Positions 1 through 11,047 of a DNA stretch of 64,000 nt are shown here, one piece after another. Below the pieces are notes generated by a model. It worked only from the letters and a program-made list of their open reading frames with translations, was not told the DNA's origin and ran no database searches. This DNA is from Oikopleura dioica (taxonomy: Eukaryota; Animalia; Chordata). The stretch lies in assembly GCA_907165135.1 (NCBI GenBank), contig OU015567.1, positions 15,004,001 through 15,068,000 on the forward strand. Reading direction: 5' to 3'. How positions within the stretch are numbered: the stretch's first letter is position 1; each line of letters starts with the position of its first letter. Both the position numbers and the translations under genes were made by a program.

Positions 1-867
<867 letters not shown>

Positions 868-929
868 AATAAATGATTACTCCATCCAATCATTCTTATG
901 TTTAAGAAAGACTGGCATTTCACAGGCCT

Positions 930-1398
930 ATGCAATCAACGAAGACAACGGTAATGAGAATCTTTTTGCACTCATTAAAATACAAATGCAAAATTGTAGG
1001 GCATTATGTCAAGCTTGTAGACTTCATAAATTATCTAGCAAAAGAATTGTCTGGCAGAAATAGCGGGAAGCGCTCGGGTAGCATTCTAGTGAAAATTTGT
1101 GAACAAGATGATGCAGAAAAGAATTATAAATCATAGAGATCTCCCTATTTTCTGTGGTGTATTAATCGGCCTGGTACTTTTTGCTTTCATGATGGTATGC
1201 GTTTTTTAAATATCTTTGCCTAAAGTATTCAAGTGGAGTTTTGGAGTGAACATCGAACTTGAGAAAAAAGCAAAACAAGAAGAGAAACAGCGGCGAAAAT
1301 CTGAGAAACTTCGTAGTCAAAGATGGAGAGATGTTAATAACATGCGGCGGAAAAACTCGAATTACAATAATTACATTATCATTGAAGATGATCACTAG
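930..1398 (+). CDS. Possible small single-pass membrane protein (hypothetical, 3 exons)
   Basis: Exons 930-1077, 1139-1194 (hydrophobic DLPIFCGVLIGLVLFAFMM) and 1234-1398 join in phase. One acceptor (GAG) is weak and no homology is recognised. Confidence 0.3.
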
Positions 1399-1775
1399 TA
1401 TTTTTATGTAACAAACACAGAATAAAAAATATAACAACCGCTCAAAATTCCTGTCTCTGTTGAGAATAAAATCGAGGAAAATATTTGAAGCCAGTCTTGT
1501 TTTACAATTTTGATTCAGTGACCTAGAAAAGCAGTCGATAAAAGTTCTAATTTCAAGGAGTTTCGACACGCGCTATAAATCACGATTCTGATCGCAGAAG
1601 AATTTCATGGACTGTAAACTACTTTATCAGAGCGTAAATCTGTTTCACCAGCAGGTGGCTGCCCAACAATTCTGGTATAAAAAGAAGGACTAGGCACAAG
1701 GAACTCATCAAATCATCTTTTCGCTTCTTTTTCATCCACAAAAAGAAACACAGAGACAAACAAAAGACACTCAAA

Positions 1776-2705
1776 ATGAAAATCTTCGCTCTCTTCTTCG
1801 CCTTCACTGCGGCTTTGGACGAGATGCTTCTCATGATGATGATGCAGCAACAGCAACAAGTCGCTCCGGGCCAGACTTCGCAAATGAACATGATGCTTCC
1901 CCTTCTTCTTATGGATTCAGACAACAACTCGACCGACAACTCTCTCGCTCTCATGATGATGATGATGCAAGGCGGCAGCACTTCGGACATGAACTCGATC
2001 CTTCCTCTTCTCCTCCTTTCTGACGATGATTCTTCCGACGACGGCATCGACTTCACCAGCTTCTTCCTCTTCTCTTCCATGCTCCAGACTGATTGCGCTA
2101 CTTCCACTGACGACCAGTTCAACATGATGCTTCCAATGCTTCTCATGGGCGACGACAACAGCACTTCCTCCGACTTGATGCTCATGATGATGATGCAGAC
2201 CATGGGCGACTCTCCCGTTGGAATGGACAACCTCATGCCCCTCCTATTCCTCCTTGACGACGACTCTAGCGACTCCAGCGACAGCATCCTGCTCATGGTC
2301 CTCCTCAACTCGATGACCGGCGGCCTCAACTCCCAGCAAGGATTCGACAACAACTTCAACATGATGCTCCCTCTCCTTCTCATGGATGACGACAGCTCCT
2401 CTGACAGCTCCACTGACATGCTCGTTCTCATGATGGCGATGCAATCTCAAGCCCCCAACTCTGCTTTCGGTACCGACATGATGCTTCCTCTCCTTCTCAT
2501 GGACGACAGCGGCGACAACGAAACTCTTCTCTTCTTCATGATGATGAACCAGGGCAAAACCAAGTGCGAGCCCGAAGTCGTCTATGTCCAGCCTGAGCCT
2601 GAAGTCGTCGTTGTTCAACCCGAGCCAGAAGTGCAGACCGTCTTCCGAACCTGGAGAGTCAACGCTGATGGCACCAAAGAACTCATCGAAGAAACTACCG
2701 ACTAA
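1776..2705 (+). CDS. Secreted Met/Leu-rich, Asp/Ser-rich repeat protein (309 aa, intronless)
   Basis: ATG with signal-peptide-like MKIFALFFAFTAA. Repeated MMLPLLLM / LMMMMQ hydrophobic blocks alternate with DDSSSDSS acidic blocks; EPEVVxVQP tail. AATAAA near 2823. Confidence 0.85.
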   Translation: MKIFALFFAFTAALDEMLLMMMMQQQQQVAPGQTSQMNMMLPLLLMDSDNNSTDNSLALMMMMMQGGSTSDMNSILPLLLLSDDDSSDDGIDFTSFFLFSSMLQTDCATSTDDQFNMMLPMLLMGDDNSTSSDLMLMMMMQTMGDSPVGMDNLMPLLFLLDDDSSDSSDSILLMVLLNSMTGGLNSQQGFDNNFNMMLPLLLMDDDSSSDSSTDMLVLMMAMQSQAPNSAFGTDMMLPLLLMDDSGDNETLLFFMMMNQGKTKCEPEVVYVQPEPEVVVVQPEPEVQTVFRTWRVNADGTKELIEETTD

Positions 2706-2920
2706 TCGAATTCCCATAAAATCAGATTTCAAGCAAACTGTCTAGCTTAATTTTCCTTCAACCTTTTCCTTATTTATCGCTTAAATTCTTTATTTGATAT
2801 GCTATTAACTCGTTGAAATGAAAATAAAACAAAAACAATCCAATAACTTTGTCTTATTTTTATAAGAAAGGTTTACTCGAGCGCAGTTCCACAAATTACA
2901 GTTTCATAGTCTTTGCACCC

Positions 2921-3239
2921 ATTCTTTCTCCTCGGCGATGAGAGTATAAACTCTGCCAGCTCCGACATCATGATCATGATGATGATGAAAACCATGGGAA
3001 ATTCACACCTCGGTAAGTGATCTCGATTTTTCACAGAGACATAAAAGTTTATTCTGATAATAATTAATAGATAAGCATGGACAATATTCTCCCATACATG
3101 CTCCTCCTAGACAGCGATGACAGCTCAGATTCCATTCTCATGATAGTCCTCTTCAATTCCATGACTGGCGGTGAACTCCAAGCAGGTTTTCAACAACAAG
3201 TTCAACATATATCTCCTTCATTTGCATGAAGATGACAAT
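2921..3239 (+). pseudogene. Degenerate partial copy of the 1776-2705 repeat gene
   Basis: Colinear similarity to about 2140-2390 (atcatgatcatgatgatgatgaaaaccatggga vs ctcatgatgatgatgcagaccatgggc; atgactggcggtgaactcc vs atgaccggcggcctcaactcc), with frameshifts and a GTAAG...AG insert at 3013-3070. Confidence 0.75.
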
Positions 3240-5029
3240 TCAATAAATCAATAGAAAATGATCTTTACCCTATTTATTCCAAAATCTCCGCGAATTCAAG
3301 GACAAGGGGCAGATTGTTTTCTCAGCGATGTTGATAAGTGTTACAGTATCTCAAAACGTTACATGAAAAATTGACAGTTAGAATCCGTAGGAAAACAAAA
3401 TTCAATCATATCGCGGAGTGGGCTAACAGTAGCTGCTACTGTGTGCCCAAATAAGATTATTTCCATTGATAAAAATTACAGCTGCTCCGGGCTCAGCAGT
3501 TGAAAACGTGGACCGTTGCGCAATGGTTGTGAGTTAATTTTTGGGTTCATCGAAATTTGAAACAAGAAAATATCAAAAATAGAAGAGGTGCTCTATAATT
3601 ACGCTCGATCCATGTGGTCTGACCAAAACCGGCGTCATAAAAGCGTCTGAGTTCTTAAAATAGCTCCCGGAAGTTCCTGATTCAAACACCTGTTTGTCGT
3701 TATTTGTTTACATCAACCTTAATCCCGTGATTTCAAGTAAGCCCAGATTCTGTTGCTTTTCCGCTCCCAGGTTCCATCGCTCCAAGATATTCTATGTGGG
3801 TTAGAGTTTGTTTCTGTGGTGGCACTTTCCATCGCTCTGCGGCCGGCGGCCAGATGTCAAGGTCCAGATTGATTCAAGCGTACAGTCTGACAAGTAGGCG
3901 AAAAACTCTTAACCTTGACCAAGTACAGTAAACGTCGCGGCTAGACTTACAAGTTTTGTAGAGACATTGAACCTGCTCCTCTAGTTACAGACTAGATATA
4001 CGTAAGTTAACTACCTATGCCTAGGAATATTCGTTTTACTCTGTTTCAATCCATTCTTACAGTTTTGTTATGCAATGGAAAGAAGTGCAGAATTGCTCTG
4101 AACAAAACAAGTTTAGTAAATAGTCTCGGCAGTAGTGAGGAAATTCAAAAGTGACCTTTCGATAGAACACACCTCTAAAGCTATGGTCAGGCGGATTCTT
4201 CCAAAACAAAATTAATCCTGCGAATCAATAAGGTGTATTTTGCAAAAGTATTAACTTTGGATTCTCTTGGAAGAATACAAAAGGGGCAAGTTTGGAATAA
4301 GAATGCCGGCATTGAATGTAGAAAGTGCGGTGATTTCAGCTGTGTTTTAGCAGGGTGGGCTTTGTTTAGGCACACATTGGACGTCCTCTTTGCTCGTATA
4401 AAAGGCAAAAAACCACAGCTAAAATTTCGGACTATTGATTCGATTTTGACAAGGGCACACATACACAACCAACAGCGAAAGTCACAAAAGTCAAATCTCT
4501 GCAAAGTAGTTGAGTAGCGTCTCCGGCAGGTGTCTCTCTCAACTTCTAAGTCGCTCGTACCTAACTCGAGAGCGGGGCCGGCATTGACACGTTCCGTCAT
4601 TGAACTTGGCCATTTCACTTGAACATGTGCCTTGTCAGAGACCTAGAGAATGCTCACTGTGCAACTGTGCTCTTCTTCTAAGAGAATTATCAGGCCTTCA
4701 GAAGAAGGTCACCTTCTTCAACACATTTTTTTTCTCGAACTATTTCAAAAGTGCCTCGTTGTACTTTTTTCTGTGTCGTAGGGATCAACGAAGCTAGGGG
4801 TAACGGGTAGGCCTGTTTAAGGGACCGCATGGCGCCTCAGAAGGAACCAATGTCTAGCGCCAATTTCAGCATCGAGACCCTGATGACTTTGACTTGACTT
4901 TAGTTCTTTCGTTGAAAATCTTCGGGTTGGAAACCAGAGCTTTCTCGTTCAGAAAGTTGATTTCGTGAGTGTATTCGTCAGTGACGTTTTCGAAAGTATA
5001 GAGAAGACCTGAACAGTAAAGAAAAGAGG

Positions 5030-7062
5030 ATGAGAATCATTCGAAGCCTGGTTATGTTCCTAAGTGCAACCTATGGAAGGTAAGCTAAGAAAAGCGAAAG
5101 ATCTTATGCCAAAAAGCTTATTCTAAAGATAAGATAGAACGGTTTTTGTCTGTCATATGCCGGTAAGTAGCTTGGAGACCTTCCAAAGCAGCGAACTTAT
5201 GTTTAATTCGCGAGGTTCTAATCCGCGAGGCCAACCCTTTGGTCTACGAAAAAAATGACTCAAAGTAACTCTACTGTACATCTTCTAACTGTTTATATTC
5301 AGTGATGATTTTGTCAGAAGATTGAATGCGAAGAAGGAGAACCACCTTAAATTTCTGAAAGAGAAGATAAGCGGGATTATTGAATCCGACGAGTCCGTTA
5401 CCGATGGTAACAGGTCCCGCATTGATCCCCGAAAATTTCAAGCTATTAATCGTCTTATGGATAGTGACCCGAATATGTTCACTAATAATGAGCTCTCGGA
5501 GATGATTTATCAAAGTAAGTTCCATATGGTCTTTAAATGATGAGAACCTGCAGTCTTTAAAATCGTCTAAAGCTGATAGTCTAAAATTTTATAGTCTTAA
5601 AAGCTTGTGTTAGAATAAAAGAATCTATGAAGCATCTATTGATGATGCAAAGCCCGAATGAATATTTATTCTTTGAACGTCTGCCGGCAATCTTTTACCA
5701 ATTCAGAGACGCCGGTTATGACGTCGAAGAAAATTAACTTATTGTTGAACCCTTCCATGTTTAATGATGACCTTTCAGTCACCGACACTCGAGAAAGAGA
5801 GTGGACTATCAAAATGGCTCCCCCGGGAAGAGGGTCGAAAGTGAAGAACATGCAATTCAAGGTCCAAAGCAAGCCAAGCTACGTCAATCCCAAGTGCTCC
5901 AAACACTGCAAAATGAACTTCCGCATTCAGTTTAGTGGAAAAACGCCCTCTGGAGAGCACTTCAGACGAAGTGAAGTTATTGAACGAGAGTTGCCCAAGG
6001 TATTTGACGTAGGAAAGCAAATAATATCCTGATTTAAAGGGAGTTCTTGGCTGCCCCACCGATCATTGCCAAGCCTTTACCTCCTTGAACTTCGAAACCG
6101 AGGACCCACTCCCCAAGATCTTCGATGCTTACGACAGTGCCGTTAAGGATCACTCGACTGATTTGAAAATCAAAATCAGTCCATTCGGCGGACGTTTAAA
6201 TGTACATCTACAGGTACCAGCATGATGAAGACTTAATTATTCATTGATGCTTTTGCGGATCAAAAACCTTTTCTATGATTTCGACAGCCTGAAATCAAGG
6301 AAGACTATTTGCTAAGCAAAATTTGCTTTGGCTGTTGATTGACGCCCTGTGTATTTACTTTCGAAAGAGGAAAGTTCAGAGCGTCATGCAATTAGTTGAT
6401 ACTCCCACATTAGTTGATGGGAAATAAACTCAGCCCGCCGCCAATAGTGATTATTGTTAATTATATCGAACTGATTTGATTGTTCTCAAAGATGTGACAA
6501 TATGTTTCGGAGGTGTCGCGGAATTCGCGATAAGATTTTCTGTGACCAACCGATCATTTCTCACGGATAAGTTGTCATGAGACCGAAGAACCGTTTAGCT
6601 GTTAATTTTAAGCCGTTCAATCCCGATAATTCTGTAAATAGCAGTTTAAGGACATCTGGGTCGTCGTCAACTACGAGTCAAAGGGCCATCCTAGCAGACA
6701 CCGTCGAGATACAGCCAAATTTCACGACGACAATAACAGGAACTGCGGCCTTCGTCGTGTTGAAGTTGACTTGGACGAGTGGTATCCTCATCTCAAGAAC
6801 GTTGTCTATTCGCCCAAAAAATTTACGTTTACATTTTGTGAAGGTAGATCTTTCAAATAACTTTCTAAACTGATCCTTTAAAATAGGGTCCTGCGAGGCC
6901 GAGAAACACTACATGGCTCGTAATGGCGATGACCGATTTGACATGTGTTGCCACGCAGTGGAGTCCACCCACTTGGAAATGATGCTCTTCGACTCAAGCG
7001 TTGACGGTTATCGCCACGAGAACTCCCCCTCCATGCTGGCTCAGTCCTGCAAATGCTTATGA
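5030..7062 (+). CDS. Divergent TGF-beta superfamily ligand precursor (~363 aa, 6 exons)
   Basis: Exons 5030-5079, 5318-5514, 5707-5999, 6040-6213, 6642-6843 and 6887-7062, all GT-AG and phase-consistent. Signal peptide MRIIRSLVMFLSATYG; RHRR furin site; mature domain C..CEGSC..CC..CKC with all 7 cysteines. AATAAA overlaps the stop. Confidence 0.9.
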
Positions 7063-7451
7063 ATAAACCCGCACCCGTCCCTATTTTCATAACGACCTTT
7101 TTATCATCTCATCCTTTTTCTTCGTGAGCCATAAATCAAATGCGCGACTCTGACAAGCAAACACCTTCGGCCAAAGTGAAACTTCAGCCCTTTCAAAAGT
7201 CACATAAAAAATGATCAAAACCCGAAATGAAAAGAAACAAAAATCTGCTTCGCGCTTCGACCTAAAAGCTTCCCATCCTCGCCCAGACACTCTAGATGGG
7301 ATTAAGAACAAACGCGTAGAAAATGCAAAACACTTGCTGCTGCAATCATTTTCTTCAAACCCGTAAACCTGAAACTTGATAATTGTCGACAGATCTTACG
7401 AAGAAAAGTCTTTTCTTCATAAGATGCATCGATCATTAATGATGGTTCTTT

Positions 7452-7733
7452 CGGAAATATGCGATTAGAATTGGTACAGGAGCGATTCTTCTATAATTTG
7501 GCTAGAATCGGTATGATACCCTAACCCTAAAGCCTAACCCAGGAGACTATGCCCCTCGGCAACCCCATCCCCCAAAAGCCAAACCCAGGGGCTAACCCTA
7601 CCCCCGGGACCCCCAGTAGGTACTCTCAGCCCCCTAACTCTAATACCTAACCGAGAAAAGGTTTCGTATCGTACCAATTCTAGCTTTATTGTAGAAGAAT
7701 TGGTCCTGTACCAATTCTAATTGTAACATTCCG
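7452..7733. mobile_element. MITE with 68-bp imperfect TIRs, 6-bp TSD and internal CCCTAA-like repeats
   Basis: 7452-7519 is the imperfect reverse complement of 7666-7733. TTCTTT flanks both sides (7446-7451, 7734-7739). Interior includes ccctaaccctaa. Confidence 0.85.
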
Positions 7734-8814
7734 TTCTTTCAAATAAAAAAAAATCGAAAATTAAACGAACTCAAGAATCAGGCGCCAAATTCATCAAAAA
7801 AGAACCATATTCACCAGGGTCCCTACCGGTTATTTTCCCGCATGCCCACTATCTCGAAAATCCCCTAAATGAAACGAAAGACTGAATTTCAATTTTGGCT
7901 GATTGCGTTTGCTCTTTACTAGTCTGTCAAAATTTCCCCTTATTGAGCCTGTATGGTAGTAGTTCATCATCATTCGCCCGCTGTGCTTAGAAGGAATCTC
8001 TATTATAAATTTTATAATTTATCATCATGGGTGTAACACTAATCCGATGCGCTTGCATTTAACACTTTTCGTAAAAAAAACTTTGCTTTAGTCCACAAAA
8101 ACATTTTCTATAAAATGGGCACAACTCACAAACAACTGTAACTGTAAACTGATCGTCCTTATATTTCAGCATAAACTGATCTTCTGATACTGTATTTCCG
8201 TTCTAAAAGTTCTATCCGAAAAGATCGTAATCAAAATTTCAAGTTCGTCTTTTTTCGACTTCTGTATTTATCAAGATTTTCAATCACAAAATTAGTAGAA
8301 ACGTAATCTGACCCGATGTCACTGAAAACTATCCGTAGAGACAATTTGCTGCTTGTTCATTTATATTTATTATTTCTACTTTGGTTGCGTTAGAAATTTA
8401 CTTTTTGCTTTATTCATTTGTTGAAGTTGTGACCATATCATGTCCACACACATCTAAGAAGAAATAAAAGACAAAATCCTCAAAATCCTCACGAGTTCAC
8501 TGGCAAGTGATAATGCAGTAGATTACTGTATGATGCAGGCTGGAAAAAGAGTCAACACAGAATATGCTGCCTTCTTTAGTGCTTGATTGATAGTGATAAG
8601 CTATTTTCTACCAAATGCACCTTGCTAATCAGAATAGTTTTAGCAAATCGTCCATCACTAGGAGTTTACACTTGATACTCGCCCTGACCAGATTGCTTGT
8701 GAACGAGCAAGTTAATTTCAAAAGGACTAGAATACGTTCGATCGGACACAGACTGGTACTGTCCGCCATTATTTGTATTGAATAAATTTAAAATTCATGC
8801 ATTTTTTTGCACAA

Positions 8815-9207
8815 TTAAGGGGGTAGATATCAAGAATCGTATTTTCTGTCAGTGTTTTCTCAAATTTTTAACATACTGACCCCCTTATTTTTTATGCTCA
8901 AAATTTATTTCAGAGAATTTTCTATTTCCTATCGAAGCCAAAAAATTAGATTTCTTGAGCTTTCGAGGTGCTGCAATGCAAATTGTGCAGCTTCGATTGT
9001 CGTCAAAATGACCATTTTAGGAAAGTTAGCAATTTTTGACGAAAAATTTTGCTAAAATTTTTTTTGAAATTCGAAATTTCAGCTTCCATAGGCAATAGAG
9101 AAAGGTCTAAAGTTTTTGTTTCCAAAGTTAAATAAGGGTGTCACTATTTTAACTTTGGGAAAAAAATTCTGACGGAGAATCCCAATTCTTGATATCTACC
9201 TCCTTAA
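8815..9207. mobile_element. MITE bounded by TTAA with GG...CC termini (Kolobok-like)
   Basis: TTAAGGGGGGTAGATATCAAGAAT ... ATTCTTGATATCTACCTCCTTAA; imperfect inverted repeat extends about 75 bp. Superfamily inferred only from TTAA plus RR termini. Confidence 0.75.
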
Positions 9208-9620
9208 TTCTATCGTGAAAATCTGAAAAAAAAAATGCAGTAAAATGAGTTTTATTTATGATGCTCCTGTTCTTCTCTGCCTTATCACTGAGATGAATGT
9301 TTTCTTGATTTATTATTCCCGGTTACAGATGAAAGAAGAAACTTATGGGTGACAGGCTGTCACTGACAGCAAAAATTTCCACCGGTGAAAATTAGCCTAA
9401 TTTTCATGGCCTGGGCAATCTTCGAAGTTCATTTTGGGCATTCCTTAGCTGTGTCTCGATTCTTTTTTCAAGGATAATTTTAATCTCGTCAGAAAATGTT
9501 CGTTGAAATTGATAATCCTTTCCTTTCTCTCATTCCAGTCAAGTATACAAACCTTCGTTCGTCCTCCGATTCAGCAACTATTTTTTTATAATTTCATTGA
9601 ACAATAGGCTCTATGACTAG

Positions 9621-10294
9621 TTATTCACCGTTTCTATAAGCTTGACGGGCTTCATCATAAACTCTGTGTTCCTCTGGCATTTGTTCTCTCAACATCTGCG
9701 CGAGATGGCGTGCTTTCTGTCGGTCAAGCAATTCTCTGGCTAAAAAAATTATATTTATTGAGATGGTTCGAGGTAAAATTACCTTCGTCAACAGCTCTAC
9801 GCAATCGCCTTTTTCTTGCGACATGTGGCTCCAGAGCTCTCAACAACACGGCCGTGTTCCCACGATAACCTAGTTGCTGCTGTCAAAAATTTTATGAATA
9901 ATAATCAGGAATTATGTTTGAAAATAAATCGCTTGAAAAAGTGGAAAATTCGACAACTTTTTCCTAGAAAGGTTTGTATTCTATTTTCCAGATAGCGGCG
10001 CCTAGAAAAATAAAATTTTTACATAAAAATTTTACATAATGCACACCTTTGTCGATTGCTGTCATCTTCATCGGCGACTGAATTGTCCTCCAAAACATTA
10101 TCGTTAGTGTCAAGGAATTCCGCTTTTTGCTCCGCAGGCAAAGCATTGTAGAACTCGGCAATGGCGCTTTCGTCGTCAAAGCGAACGCCGATTTCGGTGT
10201 AGTCATCCTCCACCTGGTCGTCAACCTGGAAAATCTCCTTCAGCTTCCGTTTCTGATCGGCAGTGAGATTTTCGTAGGAAAGGTTTGTCTCCAT
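9621..10294 (-). CDS. Hypothetical acidic/basic protein (~180 aa, probably 4 exons)
   Basis: TTTTAAG acceptor directly before ATG 10294 (METNLSYENL..). Exons join through RRRYLENRIQTF, GYRGNTAVLLRALEPH and ARELLDRQKA..NGE* at 9621. One junction needs a GC donor. Confidence 0.55.
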
Positions 10295-10323
10295 CTTAAA
10301 ATCTTTTTTTTTTTCTTGACGAA

Positions 10324-10815
10324 GCTTTGACGGTTGCTTATAAGGGCTCAATTTACCGAAGTCTTCTTCCTGTCCAAAATTAAAAGAAAATAAATGAGTC
10401 GATTTTTTAAATGAACTGTCTATTTTTTCAATCGACTGTGTATTTTGTATATTTGAATTCCAAAAATTGGTATTCGAATACCAAAAAATAATGTACACAA
10501 ATCGAGCGACGCCGAAAAAATCGGCCCCCAAGAGTGAAAACCGCGCCCCTACTAAGCCACTCTTTTAATTAGACTCTTAATTTAAGAGTCTCTATTTTAT
10601 CAGTGGAAAATTATCTCATCTAATGGTGCCTAACCTCGGGGCTCCGCCCTTACCTTCAGTAACCCTTACTTACCCTTGCCTACGGCTTTGGCGGTTGCTT
10701 AAAAGGGCTAAATTTAGTCTTCCTTCCTAAGTCTTCTTCCTGTCCACGATTAAAAAGAAAATAAATAAGTCGATTTTTTAAATGAACTGTCTTTTTTTCA
10801 ATCGACTGTATATTT
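10324..10815. repeat. Local direct duplication (~120-130 bp; 10324-10445 and 10685-10815)
   Basis: Both copies share gctttg(a/g)cggttgctta(t/a)aagggct...gtcttcttcctgtcca...agtcgattttttaaatgaactgtct...tcaatcgactgt. Confidence 0.85.
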
Positions 10816-11047
10816 TTTCAATCTACTGTCTATTTTTTAATATTTAAATAATTTCAGATCATCTGAAACCGTCTATTAGACGATGAAGTCAACCAAGCCA
10901 TCTCACAAAACATTCCCAGCCTGATAGCTTTAAAAGAGATCGGATATGAAATAAGCATGCAGGGATTCAAGAGAGCCCGTTTCCATGGTGATTTCATTCA
11001 ATATCTTCGTTGAAAGTGATCGAACATTTCTGTCGAGCGCTTGAAAA

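Noticed and set aside
899-1063. Nuclear-receptor zinc-finger-like ALCQACRLHK fragment
   Set aside because: Only one CxxC pair, other ligands missing, and a stop soon after; probably chance.
1619-2732. Long minus-strand ORFs (270 aa and 162 aa) over the Met-rich gene
   Set aside because: Antisense shadows of a repetitive coding sequence; no credible start or motif.
3426-3442. Perfect palindrome ACAGTAGC-T-GCTACTGT sharing a core with the 37440 hairpin
   Set aside because: An 8-bp match with no further similarity; not distinguishable from chance.
4187-4797. ORFs upstream of the TGF-beta gene
   Set aside because: No ATG with context, no splice-consistent model or motif; more likely regulatory or intergenic DNA.
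7519-7660. True telomere or chromosome-fusion site
   Set aside because: Only a few degenerate CCCTAA units, enclosed by TIRs and a TSD; explained by the MITE.
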